From the NCBI RefSeq assembly GCF_006345805.1, contig NC_043015.1:558001-622000 (forward strand): a stretch of DNA of 64,000 bases. Reading direction: 5' to 3'. This DNA is from Octopus sinensis (Eukaryota). A program made the translations under genes and the position numbers. Of the stretch, positions 28,090 to 45,053 are shown piece by piece (position 1 is the stretch's first letter; every line of letters begins with the position of its first letter). The notes beneath the pieces are model-generated. The model searched no databases, was not told where the DNA came from, and saw only the letters and a list, made by a program, of their open reading frames with translations.

Positions 28090-28265
28090 CACTTTTTTCT
28101 CTCCTTGTTTCTCTGCTTGTTTTTTTTCTGTATATCTTTCTGTCGAAGAGCGTAGGCTCGAAACGTAAAAGACTTGTTTCTTTTTCTTTCCTGAGCGCCA
28201 TACTATACATTTGTTTATTTGTACTCCACCTGCCTTCGTCTTTGTTTATTTTCGTAACCTTCCCG
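28090..28265 (+). mobile_element. Penelope-like terminal fragment with minimal hammerhead-like motif
   Basis: Pyrimidine-rich unit containing TCTTT-CTGTCGAA-GAGC-GTAG-GCTC-GAAAC-GTA-AAAGA at 28135-28172; homologous copy near 31962; followed by TA-rich repeat. Confidence 0.55.
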
Positions 28266-29134
28266 ATATATATAAATATAAATAAATATGTATATAAATA
28301 TATGCGTATATATGTATTTAATATATTTTTATTGTTCTTTTATCTATAGTTGATATGTTGTGGCTTTTTGTCCAGTAAAAATTGGTTTCGTGTTTTCGCT
28401 GCGGACACTCATATTTCCATCACAAATAAGACTTTATTCGTCATCATCGTATCATCACCATCATCATTGTTGTCGTCATCATCTGCATCATTGTAATCGC
28501 CACCATCACCACCACCACCACCACCACAATCATCATCATCATCATCATTATCTTGGTCGTCGTTTTCGTCATCGTCGTCGTCGTTATCATCATCATCATC
28601 ATCTTCATCTTTTAATAATCAATAGGATCAGCAACACTACCACGTTCATTACTGTTATTAGTTTTTGTCGCTGTTGTTGTTGTAAATATAATAATAATAT
28701 TGTTGTTGTTGTTGTTATTATTATAATTATCATTACTATATCTTAAAAAGACGCAACTCTTCTCAAAGCTAAATAGATGATACGAAGAGAGTGATGCGAT
28801 AGCCAATTGATATCTTTGAACGATATTTTGGCAGCTAGCTTGTCTTTTCCGAGTTGAAAACTAAAAGTGGTAAAATTTCAAAATCATAGATATTCAAATC
28901 CAAAATATGAACGTGAATATGCGGCTTGTTTCTTCGTACTTTTTTTTTCAGAGGCATAGAACTGGTTTCAATTGTCTAAGCAGCTGCGTAAATAATTTCA
29001 TTTAATTCAGTGAGATCTATTTTTAGTTCTTGTATAGTTTACTTTGTTACATAGATTCCAATTTTAATTTGTTTTCTATTAGTATTGTATTTCAGAGATT
29101 ATGAAGTGATTCTCTCTAATGCATATTAGTGTAC

Positions 29135-29298
29135 CTTATTATTATTATTATTATTATTATTATATTATTATATATTGTTATTATTATTATTATTATTATA
29201 TTATTATTATTATTATTCTACTATTATTATATTATTATTATTATTATTATTATATTATTATTATTATTATTATTATTATTTATTATTAATTATTATTA

Positions 29299-29355
<57 letters not shown>

Positions 29356-29374
29356 TATTAATATTATCATTATC

Positions 29375-29428
<54 letters not shown>

Positions 29429-29478
29429 GTTATTATTATTATTATTATTATATTCATCATCATCATTCATCATCATAG

Positions 29479-29523
<45 letters not shown>

Positions 29524-29551
29524 ACATCACTCAGTTATCATCATCATTATA

Positions 29552-29600
<49 letters not shown>

Positions 29601-29729
29601 CATCATCATCAGCATCATCATCATTATAATTATCCTATTATTATTATTATATTATTATATTATTATTATTATATTATTATTACTCATCATCATCAGCATC
29701 ATCATCATTATAATTTTATTATTATTTTA

Positions 29730-29764
<35 letters not shown>

Positions 29765-29915
29765 TACTACTACTTACTATTATTATTATTATTATTATTA
29801 TTAGGAGTATATTATTATTATATTATTATTATTATTAAAATTATTATTATATTATATTTTATTATATTAATTATTATCATCATCATCAGCATCATCATCA
29901 TTATAATTATCATTA

Positions 29916-29949
<34 letters not shown>

Positions 29950-29977
29950 TATCATCATCATCTCATCATCATCATCA

Positions 29978-30009
<32 letters not shown>

Positions 30010-30010
30010 T
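29135..30010. repeat. (ATT)n/(ATC)n compound array
   Basis: Direct reading. Confidence 0.95.
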
Positions 30011-31025
30011 TAGTAGTAGTAGTAGTTAGTAGTAGTAATAGTAGTAGTATTGAATAAGTTGCACAGTGAAGTTATTCTGAGTACCAGAGAATTGTACTGT
30101 CAAGTCTTAACAAGCACCTAATACTTTATTTTACGCAGTGTGCCTGTAGTTCCATGCCAAGCAGTTTTTTAGCAATACACCAATTATTTCTAAAGTGTTA
30201 CAACATGCAGAAACTCCTCCATGGTAGAGGTTGCTTCTGTTCGTCGAAGAAGGTGAAATAAATATCCATACTCACGAATCTAGTGTTTCATGCTTGATCT
30301 TTTGCAGCCAAACACAGATCCCGAGACTCAATTGCCAAGTTTCCACTCCAAACACTTTGCATAAAGTCATATTTTTAATTTTTTTTTTAGTTTTTCACAT
30401 TTTCAATGCCTGGAATTTTCCGATTCATTGCATATTTTGTAGTTCTTCGTTGTTTTTATAAAGTAACATGCCTTCATCTTTGTTCTTCTCTTCATGTTAC
30501 ACACAAGCAAGACATACTTCTGTTGTTGTGTGTTTAAGTAGTTCTTCTCTCCTACTGACCTTTGTTTTTTACCGACACTATGAGGAATACTGATCAATCC
30601 AGGACTTCAATCGAGCGACAACTGACATTTACGATGAAGCGTTCATGCAAGGGATCTTTTTCGTATTCTCGTCTGAATCTTTTGTGATTTCCGTCGAGTT
30701 TGCTACTCCTGTATTTCTTCTTCTGCTTCTCTTCTTCTTCTTCTTCTTCTTCTGCTTCTTCTTCTTCTTCTTCTTCTCTTCTTCTTTTTCTTCTTCTTCT
30801 TCTTCTTCTCTCTTCTCTTTCTCTTCTTCTTCTTCTTCTTCTCCTCCTTTCATCCTCCTCCCCTGTCCTCCTCTTCATCATCAACAATCATTATTTATTG
30901 GTCTTATCCTCTCATCATCATCATTATTATTATATTATTATATTATTATTATTATCATGATATTATTATCTATTATTATTATTATTATTATTAGGATATT
31001 ATTATTATTATTATTATTATTATTA

Positions 31026-31268
31026 TGAGTGAGAGGAGCAGTTCCGCCATCAAAGTGACACTGGGATAAAACATACGATGCCCAATATACCAATCATGAC
31101 TACTTGTCTGATAAGGACTCACCAGGCACATGGATCACAAACGTATGGGTGCAACATGATGATCTCATATCAAGATAAACAGCGCAAAACCTTGCAGGTT
31201 GGGCCCATTTAGTATTTTCTTCAGGTTGAGTAGCCCATCCCGTTCATAACGTCCCTTAAGAAGGTTTG
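31026..31268 (-). mobile_element. Family T element, 5'-truncated and diverged
   Basis: TGAGTGAGAGG...CATCAAAGTGACACTGGG...CTTGCAGGTTGGGCCC homologous to the 61243 copy; 3' end joins the (ATT)n run ending at 31026. Confidence 0.8.
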
Positions 31269-31914
31269 TTTTTCTAAAATAAAATGCAATATTTCCAGCT
31301 AAAAATACAATATTTCCAACAAACTATGGAAACACGATATAATATCGATCTCTGTCGTATACGCAATACAAAATACAGGCATAATTTTGTGTGAGTGTGT
31401 GCGCGCGCGTGCGTGTCTATTAAAATAAGCAACAGGATATCCTGTTGTTTATGTTGATTTTACTTTGATCTTATTCCCCTTATTTTGAAGTTGTACTGAG
31501 AACACTGCACTAATTTTTGGTGCTTCAACTTAAGTACCTAATTCATCTGAATCTATCTATCTTTCCATTTGTCTATCTATCTCTCAATATATATATAAAA
31601 GAAAATGTCCGACTATCTTGTGCACCAAGCTTGTGTTGATAATTTATGTGCATACTTTGTCTAAATGCATTGTTTTTTGTTGAGATAAAATAAACTAAAC
31701 TTTCGGTTCAAAATATGACATTTCATTCTTTAGGACCTGATCATATAAGTAGAAGTACAAGGGTAACAAATTAAAATAATTTATCATCATAGGTTTGCAT
31801 GCGTAACATAAGTCATGACATAATATGTTTTACATATTTTCTAGCATGTAAGCAGTCCTGTCACAAGCCTTCTCTCCGTGTATAAATCTTTATACACTCT
31901 TATTGATCGGTATC

Positions 31915-32095
31915 CACTAAACCTTTTTTTTTTATTTCTTCTCTGTGCTTATTTCTGTGTTCCTTTCTGTTGAAGAGTGTAGGCTCGAAACGTAAAACAG
32001 CTTCTCAATTCATGAGCGTTAAACTAATACATCTGTTTGTTGTTTACACACCCGTCTTCGTCTTTTGTTTTGTTTTGTTTTTTTTGTAAATTCCA
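31915..32095 (+). mobile_element. Second Penelope-like terminal fragment with hammerhead-like motif
   Basis: CCTTT-CTGTTGAA-GAGT-GTAG-GCTC-GAAAC-GTA-AAAC at 31962-31998, with downstream GAGCG..ACTA.TACAT.TGTTT...CTTCGTCTTT shared with the 28090 copy. Confidence 0.55.
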
Positions 32096-32111
32096 ACAAT
32101 TATTTATATAT

Positions 32112-32159
<48 letters not shown>

Positions 32160-32927
32160 AACAGGCCCTGCTCTATTTGGCATTGTCCTAAAAGCAATCA
32201 ACAAGAAAATGATTCCGTCACCATCAAAAGGAAATAGGACAAATTCCTCCAAGGGATACGAGGTAAGCCACGTATACCAGTTAGCTTATCTGCTACCCAT
32301 TTTTGAACGATCCATAATACCATAAACCGTGACTTAATAATGACTTTTCACATCATGTCACGTGTTGCTATTAAGTTAGACACGGCCTTGGCCAATCTTT
32401 GGCCTAAACATATCTAATTTATCTAAGATGCTTAATGCCTTCTTCAATATTCGTTGGGCCAGTATAATCGATTTGAGCAATTAGAACGTATATTTTTAAC
32501 TATGTTCATTTATTTGGGCTAATTACGTGCGGTTTATTTGTTTGTTTTAATGTTCAGTTTTTTTCTGTTTCTTATATTGTTGCTTGTGTATTAATATCCG
32601 TTCATTCTTTTGGTTTTTAATTTTTTTCTAGTATAGAGCGTAGTTTCTAAATGCTTAAACCGATTATACTAGCCCAACGAATAGTCAGCAAATAATTGCA
32701 GACATATAGATAAACAAAATATATAAACCAACAGTGATTTCTGCCGCTCAAAGTCTAAAACAAATATTAATATATAATTAAAACAGACTAAACGTCATCT
32801 ACGGCAATATCTTATCACTATAGTGGTAAGTCTTCCATGGTCTGAAAACAACACAACATGGAAATAAACTGATGTATATTCACGGTATCTGAAAATATGA
32901 TATATGAATTTTATTAATAAAACTATA

Positions 32928-33324
32928 GGCGCAGGAGTGGTTGTGTGGTAAGAAGTAGCTTGCTTACCAACCACATGGTTCCGGGTTCAGTCCCATCCCG
33001 TGATATCTTAGGCAAGTGTCTTCTACTATAACCTCGGGCCGACCAAAGCCTTGTGAGTAGATTTGTTAGACGGAAAAGAAAGAACCCCGTCGATATATAT
33101 ACGTGTATGTATATGTTTGTCTGTCTGTGTTTGTCCGCCAACCAACATCGCTTGACAACAGATGCTAGTGTTTACGTTCCAGTCACTTAACGGTTCGGCC
33201 AGAGAAATCGATAGAATCAGTACTAGGCTTACAAAGAATAAGTCCTGGGGTAGATTTCCTCGACCAAAGGCGGTGCTCCAGCATGAAGGCAGTGAAATTA
33301 CTGAAACAAGATAAAAGAGTAAAA
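32928..33324 (+). mobile_element. SINE-B, full length
   Basis: GGCGCAGGAGTGGTTGTGTGG head through GAAACAAGATAAAAGAGT tail. Confidence 0.88.
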
Positions 33325-33414
33325 CTGTATTTAAATATTTCGAACCAAATCACATATATAGAATAAAATCTGTCTGTCTGTATGTCTGTATCTATCTATC
33401 TATCTATCTATCTA

Positions 33415-33460
<46 letters not shown>

Positions 33461-33528
33461 ATATCTATCAATATGTATATCTCTCTGTCTGTTTGTTTGT
33501 ATATCTGTCTGTCTGTCTGTCTGTCTAT

Positions 33529-33610
<82 letters not shown>

Positions 33611-33633
33611 GTCTGCCTCTGTGTGTGTGTTTG

Positions 33634-33664
<31 letters not shown>

Positions 33665-34536
33665 TTGTTTGTGTATACAACTTCAGACTCTAATATTTTA
33701 CGCACCTACTCACATAGTTAATATATAGAAAAATTTTGCAACCAATACGGAATTGTTACCAAATTCAGGAAAATGTTTGGTTCCAATTGATTTAAGGAAG
33801 TTAATACGATGGCATATGGACGTTAAATACACCATCTAAATTGAAATATTGTTTGTGTATGATTGTGTTTTGTATATTTTCTTTACCACATCTATATTTA
33901 TTAACAACACTATGAAATTTGGATTGCACCGTTTTATTAGATATATTCCACGAACATACTATATCGGAGTATAAATTTATATTGCAATGTAGTAATATGT
34001 TGCAAAGATATGACCTCCGGCTTGACATTTTCGAAACCAACAGCATGAACACATTTAAATTACATACATATAGAAATATAAATTAAAAACGATGAAAAAA
34101 AGAAGAAATTAGCATAGACTTGTATTGAAGTGTATAACTTCAGTTTATTGATTAATATAAAAATATATAAGAAACAAGTTTATTTCACTTAAGGGGGCAC
34201 GCGTATATCTCTTAAGACAAGGTTCAAAGTAGATAACTGGATATACGAATTTTAATAAATATATTCAATATTTATGGCAACGAATTACTGAACTGCATAG
34301 ACAATATGCGTGTCAATGACGGACTACCATCATCTTCTTGCGCCCCACAGTCTTTATATAGGTAAGCGAACGTATATATTATATCTGTTATATGTATGTA
34401 TAAACACACACATATATATATATAATACATAATATATATGTGAGTGGCTGTGTGTGTGTATATATATATATATATACACACACATATATATATATAAGTA
34501 TGTATATATATATATATATATATAATATATATATAT

Positions 34537-34590
<54 letters not shown>

Positions 34591-35249
34591 TATATTATAT
34601 ATATTATATATATATATATATACCTATATATATACCTATATGTGTGCTTGTGTGTGTGCGTGCATGTGTACATGTATATATATGTAAAGAAATGCGCTCG
34701 TATGTGTCAAAAAAATCTTATAACTTTTATTTATATCGTTAATGTGACGCATTGGTACTGTGCCGTAAAAATTATATATAGTATTTCATTTCTTTCCTAT
34801 TTATTGAGTGTTCAACTCCTCCTGTCTTCAGATTTTTGTTTCAAATTTCCAAGGTCGTTATAAATATCTACTCTCAAAATTTTAGGGTTGATGATAATAG
34901 ATTATATCCTGTCTCTCAACGCTTGACCTTGTACCGGTGTTGGAAATTATCGTCTAATAATCCATTCGTCAGACATATTTTTTACGTGTCGTGTCACAAA
35001 AACATTGTTGAATTATGTCATGCAGGATGACGCAGCATATTGTAATCAAATTACACTCATGCAATCGTAAATAATACAGATTTGAAGGCTGACGACGAAA
35101 AATGATAAGGAATATAATTTAATTTGTCCTAATTACAATATTATTTCTGCAAGTACTTACACTGTAGTATGTTTCACCTATATTTGGCACGTTCAGTTCT
35201 AGAATATGACACTTAGTATAAACTTGATGCAATTAGAGGCCTTCTTGTG

Positions 35250-35318
<69 letters not shown>

Positions 35319-35590
35319 GAAAGAATGGAATCGAACGAAGATGTTAACAAAATTCCTTTACTATCGACATATGTTTCGAAGACAACATGGTTTTCATTCC
35401 AAAGGAATAAAGGGTGCATTATGCAATCTTCTCATCAGGAAAGAAAGGGACCCTCTCTCGACCTTGGACAGGTCGCTTCAACCGTGTTTCTGACGTGAAT
35501 TTGCTACCCTGGTTTCGGTTCAACGAATTTTCATGCTGATGATAAACATAGGATAATTCATTCACCTATTTATATATATATATATATATA

Positions 35591-36792
35591 TAAGGTTTTC
35601 AAGTATAAAATTTGTAGGAAAGAAAAAAGTTTACTAATGTTTTATAAAGAAAAGGAATAGTTTTATTCATCAAAGTATGCAACCATATTTTCAATACACT
35701 TATGCCATTTCAGCGGTAGCTTGTTCAGCCAGGACCTGTAAACGTCTAGTAATCTACAGTCAATAAAATCTTGGAAGACCTGTTTTACAGCATCGTCGGA
35801 ATTAATTTTTTTTCCTATCAAATAGTTATCCAAATTCTGGAAAAAGTTTGTATTAAGTGGGGGCAAGATCAGGTGAATATAGTGGATGATGGCGAACTTC
35901 CAACTCAAACTCCTGTAGTTTCGCCAATGTCAGTTTGCGATGTATGGTCTAGTGTTATCGGGCAATAAAACAGGAGTGGATCTGTTGACCAACCTAGGTT
36001 GTTGATTTTTTCGTAAGTTTCTGTATCATTTGGTGTACTTGGTTGCAGCAGACTTCGGCCGTGATGGATGAACCAGGTTTAATGAAATCATAATAGATCA
36101 CATCTGCGCCAGACCACCAAACACACACCATCAACTTCTTTTGATGAATTTTGCTTTTGGACTATGTTTTGATCTCGTCTTTATCCAGCCCTTGTGCTGA
36201 ACGTTTACGGTTGTTGTATTGGATCCATTCCTTATCACATGTTACAATGCGATTGAAGAGTGATTTATTTTTGTGACGAGGAAGTAGCATAATGCAGGCT
36301 TCCAAACATTGCTGTTTTTGATTTTCATTGAATTCATGTGGAACCCACTTATCCAAATTTTTCACTTTACCGATTTGAACTAGGTGCGTCAATATTGTTT
36401 GCTTGCTAACACCAAACAACAACGATAATTCACGGGTACTTTGAAATGGATCTTACACAATGGTGGCTTTCAATTCGTCATTATCCACCTTTGTTTCCGG
36501 TCGACCGCATTGTTCATTTGTGAGGACAAGTTTACCAGAACGAAATTTTGCAAACCAATTTGATAGTGCCTGCTGTGTAATAGAATTAGAATGAAATATT
36601 CCATTAATATTCCGAGCTGTCTGTGATGCTCTATTTCCAAGAAAGAACTCATATTTCAAAACTGTAGGAATTTCTGACTTATCCATCTCTAAACAAAAAT
36701 AGAAAAGCGATTTATGAATACTTTATAAAGCGCAAAATGAGCAGCTGTAAAAATTGACCATATGCCTTACTACACATGTCCTACTTGACGAC

Positions 36793-36796
<4 letters not shown>
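35591..36796 (-). mobile_element. Mariner DNA transposon (Hsmar1/cecropia-like), full length, inactive
   Basis: Frameshifted transposase MDKSEI...(36686), GRPETKVDNDELKA, WVPHEF, IVTCDKEW, LLPDNTRP, YSPDLAP, ...AYFDE*(35663); degenerate TIRs (TAAGGTTTTCAAGTAT vs reverse complement TTAAGTCGTCAAGTAG); (TA)n on both sides. Confidence 0.92.
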
Positions 36797-39486
<2,690 letters not shown>

Positions 39487-40309
39487 ATATATATATATAT
39501 ATATATATCATTCTATCTGTGTCGATAGATAAATTGCGTTGAAAAATAAGACAGGTTTAATTGCATTGCTTTTTCTTCCAAATTTGAGGTGACCTGCCAT
39601 TGCGGAAGTAATTAATGCGATATCATTCTCGCACACAAAAGCAGATATATAAACACCTTGACGCGCACTGAGGCACATAGATAAACAGGCACATACAGAA
39701 ATGCAGACACAACGAAACATAGTGATTTGTTTCAGTCAAATATATATTAGAGAACATTAGAGTTCTATATTTTATGAGACAGTGCTTATGTTATTATCGG
39801 TACTTATTTGAGCAATCTATCTTCAAAATTTAAAAAAGCTAAGAGCAGACATCGAAGAAGGTTAGAACGCGAAAACAGGAACCAGTGCAATGCCCCAGAG
39901 AGTATAAACATATTGATCTGTTCGTTCAGCTTATTTTATATATATATCTTTCATCATGGTTTCTATCTTACTTCCTTTCTTTCACTTTCTCTCTTTCGTT
40001 CTTCCTCATCCTCTATCGGTATATCTCCATTTCTCCGACCCTCTTTTTCTCTCTTTCTATTTAGTAGTGGTAATAAGGTATGTATATACCTCGTGAAAAA
40101 ATATTGGAAAAATGAATAATATATATATATGTATGTATGTATGCATGTATGTATGTATGTATGTATGTATGTATGTATGTATGTATGTATGTATGTATGT
40201 GTGTGCGTATATATGTAGGAAGTATGTATGCACGATGTATGTACGTAAGTATGCATCTCATGCTTAGTGAAACAGAGAAAACCACATTGAAGGCACTTAT
40301 TACCATGTA

Positions 40310-40368
<59 letters not shown>

Positions 40369-40662
40369 TATACATACATACACATATATATATGTATATA
40401 TATATATATATAATATATATATATGTATATATTGTATATATTTTCTCTCTCTCTTGCTGTTCATATATATAAAAATGTGAGTGTGTGTGTGTGTGTGTGA
40501 GATATAAATGTTTGAGCATATACAGTTATACATACACACAGGTACATGCACACACATATATGTGTGTGGGAGTGAAGCTTTGTGCAAATATTAATACACA
40601 TATACACGTCAGCGTAAATATAGACATAAGAACTAAATATATCCCGCCTCCACACACACACG

Positions 40663-40698
<36 letters not shown>

Positions 40699-41745
40699 CA
40701 CATTCACACACACATACACACACACACATATATATGTATATATTTCATTAATTATGTATTATGATATATTTAGGAATATATTTCTTCTTATAAGTCAGTC
40801 CATTTCTGATAGGAATACAGAAACGTGTTTAATGTTTCAACGGTGAAGTTCGCATAAATGGTTGCGAATGAACTGGTCACAGAGATAAACATTGTTTTGC
40901 ATACGTCAAAACAAATCTATTCACTGGAACATTTATCTAGCATACATCGCAGCAAATATGGATCTTCTTTATGTCTTTCTGTTTCAGTTGTTGCTAACCT
41001 TTGACCAATAAATGACCAGGCAAGTGGCTCTCGTTCAGAAATCGTCAAAAGAATATTTTGTAAAACATTTTAGAGCTATTCCTTGGAAAAGACTAATGTA
41101 TTCGTATTTCCCTTTATTCTACCCGTCGGCATGATGAGAGAATTTTGGCAGAAATATCAGATATATTTGCCAAAGTATGTAGTCAGACAGTAGATTTAAC
41201 AAAACACATACACACATATATTATATATATAGACACAATCATGCAAACACATACATATAAACATATATAGATACATGCATATGTACATATATAAATACAT
41301 ACATACAGATATTTATTATACAGATTTATATATATATACATACATCCATATATATATATATATATTATATATATATAATATATATATATTATATATATAT
41401 ATATATGCGTGTGTGTGTATATATACATATGCACAAACACACACACTTATGTATATATGCAGAGAAAGAGAGGGAGAGACAGAGAAAGAGTGGGTTCATA
41501 TATGAAACGTGAATAGAAATATATGTACGCACAGTTACACACACGTGTGCGTATATAAGCATATACATATGTATATATATATATGAGTACATACGCACCT
41601 ACAAAGATAATCATATACATATGTATACATACATTTATACCCACACACACACATATATCCATAATACATATATGTGTGTATGCATGTATTCATATGTATT
41701 CATATGTTTGTATGTACGTGTATGTGTAAGTGTGCGTGTATGAGT

Positions 41746-41785
<40 letters not shown>

Positions 41786-42400
41786 AAGAAAGAGTGTGTG
41801 TGTGTGCGTGCTTGCGCACATATGTGCATAACATACAACAGCATGTAATGTCAAACAATTCTATATCAAGGAATCTGATCAAAATTCACTTTAACATTCA
41901 ACCGGCATATGAAAAAATGCTGCGGGCATAATTTCGGGTGAATCTGCCATATTCAGATGTAGGGTTCATTTTGAATTTGAACTAAGACTTCCTCTATAAG
42001 ACATCCTCAGTCCTACTGAGCTAGAGCAGTTATATATGTACATATATATATATATATATTTGTATGTGTGTGCAATCTCTGTCTACTTGAAATTAGCCGA
42101 CTCAGATCGTATGTATGTGTGTGTATAATTGTATAGTAGAAATGTGTTGGATTCGTTTGACCAAGAGCTATGCTATACCTGGAGGGTTGAAGATCCTCGA
42201 CAAGTGTGCTAACTGGAAATTAAAGGTCACACCACTAAGAATCTCTTAATCACTTGGGGACATAGAAGAAATCTTGATATTCGTCTGTTGAAGATTATCA
42301 CATACATACATACATACATACATACATACATACATACATAATACATACATACATACATACATATATACATACATACATACATATATATATATATGTACAT

Positions 42401-42447
<47 letters not shown>

Positions 42448-43290
42448 TATATAGTGTGTATAAAACTAAATCTATTAGTGTATATATAGCTATATATATA
42501 TATATCACTATATATGTATATATGTTTATGTGTATGTGTTTATGTATTTAAATTTGTAAATGTGTATATATATGTGTGTTTGTGTTTTTGTGTTTGTGTG
42601 TAATAAGTGCGTGCAATTGGAAGTATGATTCCCTGCTTGCAAATGGATGATATATTTGCTTGCGGTGTTACTAAATTAGACATGGCCACTACCCATGTTG
42701 CTCAAATTTCATTTGTGATATATTTTATATTTCCTTATTGAAATCTATCTCTCTCTCTCTTTATCTCACTATCTAATTACCTCTCACAACCACATGTGTT
42801 TGTGTGTGCCCGCGCGCAGGGTAGGAAAGAGAAAGAGAATTTAGTATGGAGAAAATGTCTCAATACTTCTGCTACATTGATTTATCAATTACTTTTTGGT
42901 TGTATTTAGATACTTATTAATCTTGAACACATGTTAATATAGACCATTTGCCTTCGTTTAAGTTATCTTTGAACAACCTTCAAATTAGATGCAATATGTG
43001 TTGGTGCAATACAGTTAAATCGTGCATTGAAACGTTCTTATATGCTTTTCATGTCATGTCAATTATCTAGAGCTACTTGGATATAGTCGGCAGAATTTCT
43101 TTTTTTGCCCCTTTCCGTCTTTCTTATATTTGCTCTTACCTTACTTTCTTAATCATTTCCTGATTCCCAGCCCATAACGAATTTATTTATCTATCCGTTA
43201 ATCTAACCTCTGAGTGTGTCACAGATGGACTCCGTCCCTTTTGTATTTTCACATTTTTTGTTCCTTCCATTCCCCGTCCATGTATATAGT

Positions 43291-43670
43291 GGAGTCGCAA
43301 TGGCCCAGTGTTTATGGCAGCGGACTCGCGGTCGTAGGATCGCGGTTTCGATTCCCAGACCGGGCGTTGTGAGTGTTTATTGAGCGAAAACACCTAAAGC
43401 TCCACGAGGCTCCGGCAGGGATGGTGGTGATCCCTGCTGTACTCTTTCACCACAACTTTCTCTCACTCTTACTTCCTGTTTCTGTTGTACCTGTATTTCA
43501 AAGGGTCGGCCTTGTCACTCTCTGTGTCACGCTGAATATCCCCGAGAACTGCGTTAAGGGTACACGTGTCTGTAGAGTGCTCAGCCACTTACACGTTAAT
43601 TTCACGAGCAGGCTGTTCCGTTGATCGGATCAACCGGAACCCTCGTCGTCGTAACTGACGGAGTGCTTCC
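43291..43670 (+). mobile_element. tRNA-derived SINE, family C (GC-rich, single copy here)
   Basis: A-box-like TGGCCCAGTGTTTATGG, B-box GGTTTCGATTCCC, about 380 bp, much more GC-rich than its flanks; ATATAG occurs just outside both ends (possible short TSD). Confidence 0.7.
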
Positions 43671-44149
43671 ATATAGATGCCTTATACATAAATAAATAAG
43701 GAGGACATATATTTTATACATAAACAAAAATGTAAGTTAGTTAAAGAAACAACATCGTTGTAGCCAAACTTTTTGAAGCATTCGTCTATAGATATCTGAT
43801 AGGACGTACTATGCTCAAAGAAATACCATATATCTTGTGGAAGGAGAAACGTTATATTTCATTTGAGAAACGTCCAGGGTATTGAATAATCAATTGTCGT
43901 CTTCGAAGTCGTAGTGTGAGTAGACATCTACGTTCCAGATTATTGAACGTGTCAACGAAATAAGTTATTTTGCCTGTGTGTTTGAAGCATGGAAACCACA
44001 TATTCTTTACCACATTACCAAAGATCAGTCCATATGCCAATATGTTTTCTGAGAAACATTTGTATATAATGAAGGCATATGAGCGACATATTTAGAACAT
44101 TAGCGAAATATCCGAGAAGAAAAACATAAAACATAGAAGATAGACATGA

Positions 44150-44266
44150 GGTGTTGGCGTGGCTATGTAGTAAGATGTTTGCTTCCCGATTACATGGTTC
44201 TGGGTTCAGTCCCACTGCATGGCATCTTGGGCAAGTGTCTTCAACTATAGCCACAAGCCAACCAAT
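44150..44266 (+). mobile_element. SINE-B 5' portion (head plus CORE-like segment)
   Basis: GTGGCTATGTAGTAAG...GGGTTCAGTCCCACTGCATGGCATCTTGGGCAAGTGTCTT. Confidence 0.75.
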
Positions 44267-44857
44267 CTTTCTCTAATTCTTTTTTCTCCCCTTCTCCCCC
44301 TTTCAATTTTTTTCTGTCATCCTTTCTCTAATTCTTTTTTCTCCCCTTCACCGTTCTGTCTCTCTGCCTCCGCTACTCTCGCTCGTTGCTTACACGTGAC
44401 CATCGTCCATCTTTCTTTTCCTCACGTGATCATCTTTCTTTTCAGTCAGTCTGTCACACAGTCCAGAAGCATTATTATCTGTCTCCTTTTCTATATTTTC
44501 TCTTGTGAAAGAATATTCCTCCAGCATTCGATACCTTACCTCCTCTGGCCTAACGGCATTCCACGTTTGTTTTCGTTTGGTTTGTTGCATGTCTCTACTG
44601 TCCTTATTTTGTTATCAGATTTGACCCACCGCAAAACTAAAATTTTATTTTGGTTCGCGGGGGCAACTATATTTCGAAGCCTTATATTGTCGTGAATTGC
44701 TCGAAATGTGGAGTAGATAAACAGTCGACAACTGGTGAAGGATCGTCCTTTGTGTTACTTCTTTTGATTTACATTTGTTTCTTTCAATCTTCGCAAAACC
44801 GGGTTTGCATTCGATTTTTCATGTTGTTTATGCTTTGTGTCGTCCTGTACCCATATA

Positions 44858-44922
<65 letters not shown>

Positions 44923-44981
44923 GATATATATATATATATGTAAGTATGTACATATAAGTATATATATATATATATTATATA

Positions 44982-45053
<72 letters not shown>

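Noticed and set aside
30594-30887. Charged ORF (RRRR/EEEE...KKYRSSKLDG)
   Set aside because: Mostly a (GAA)n translation; the unique tail is short and unrecognised.
40965-41030. Strong + strand acceptor (ctttctgtttcag) followed by AATAAA and a GC-type donor
   Set aside because: All three frames stop within 8 codons and nothing links it to a gene model.
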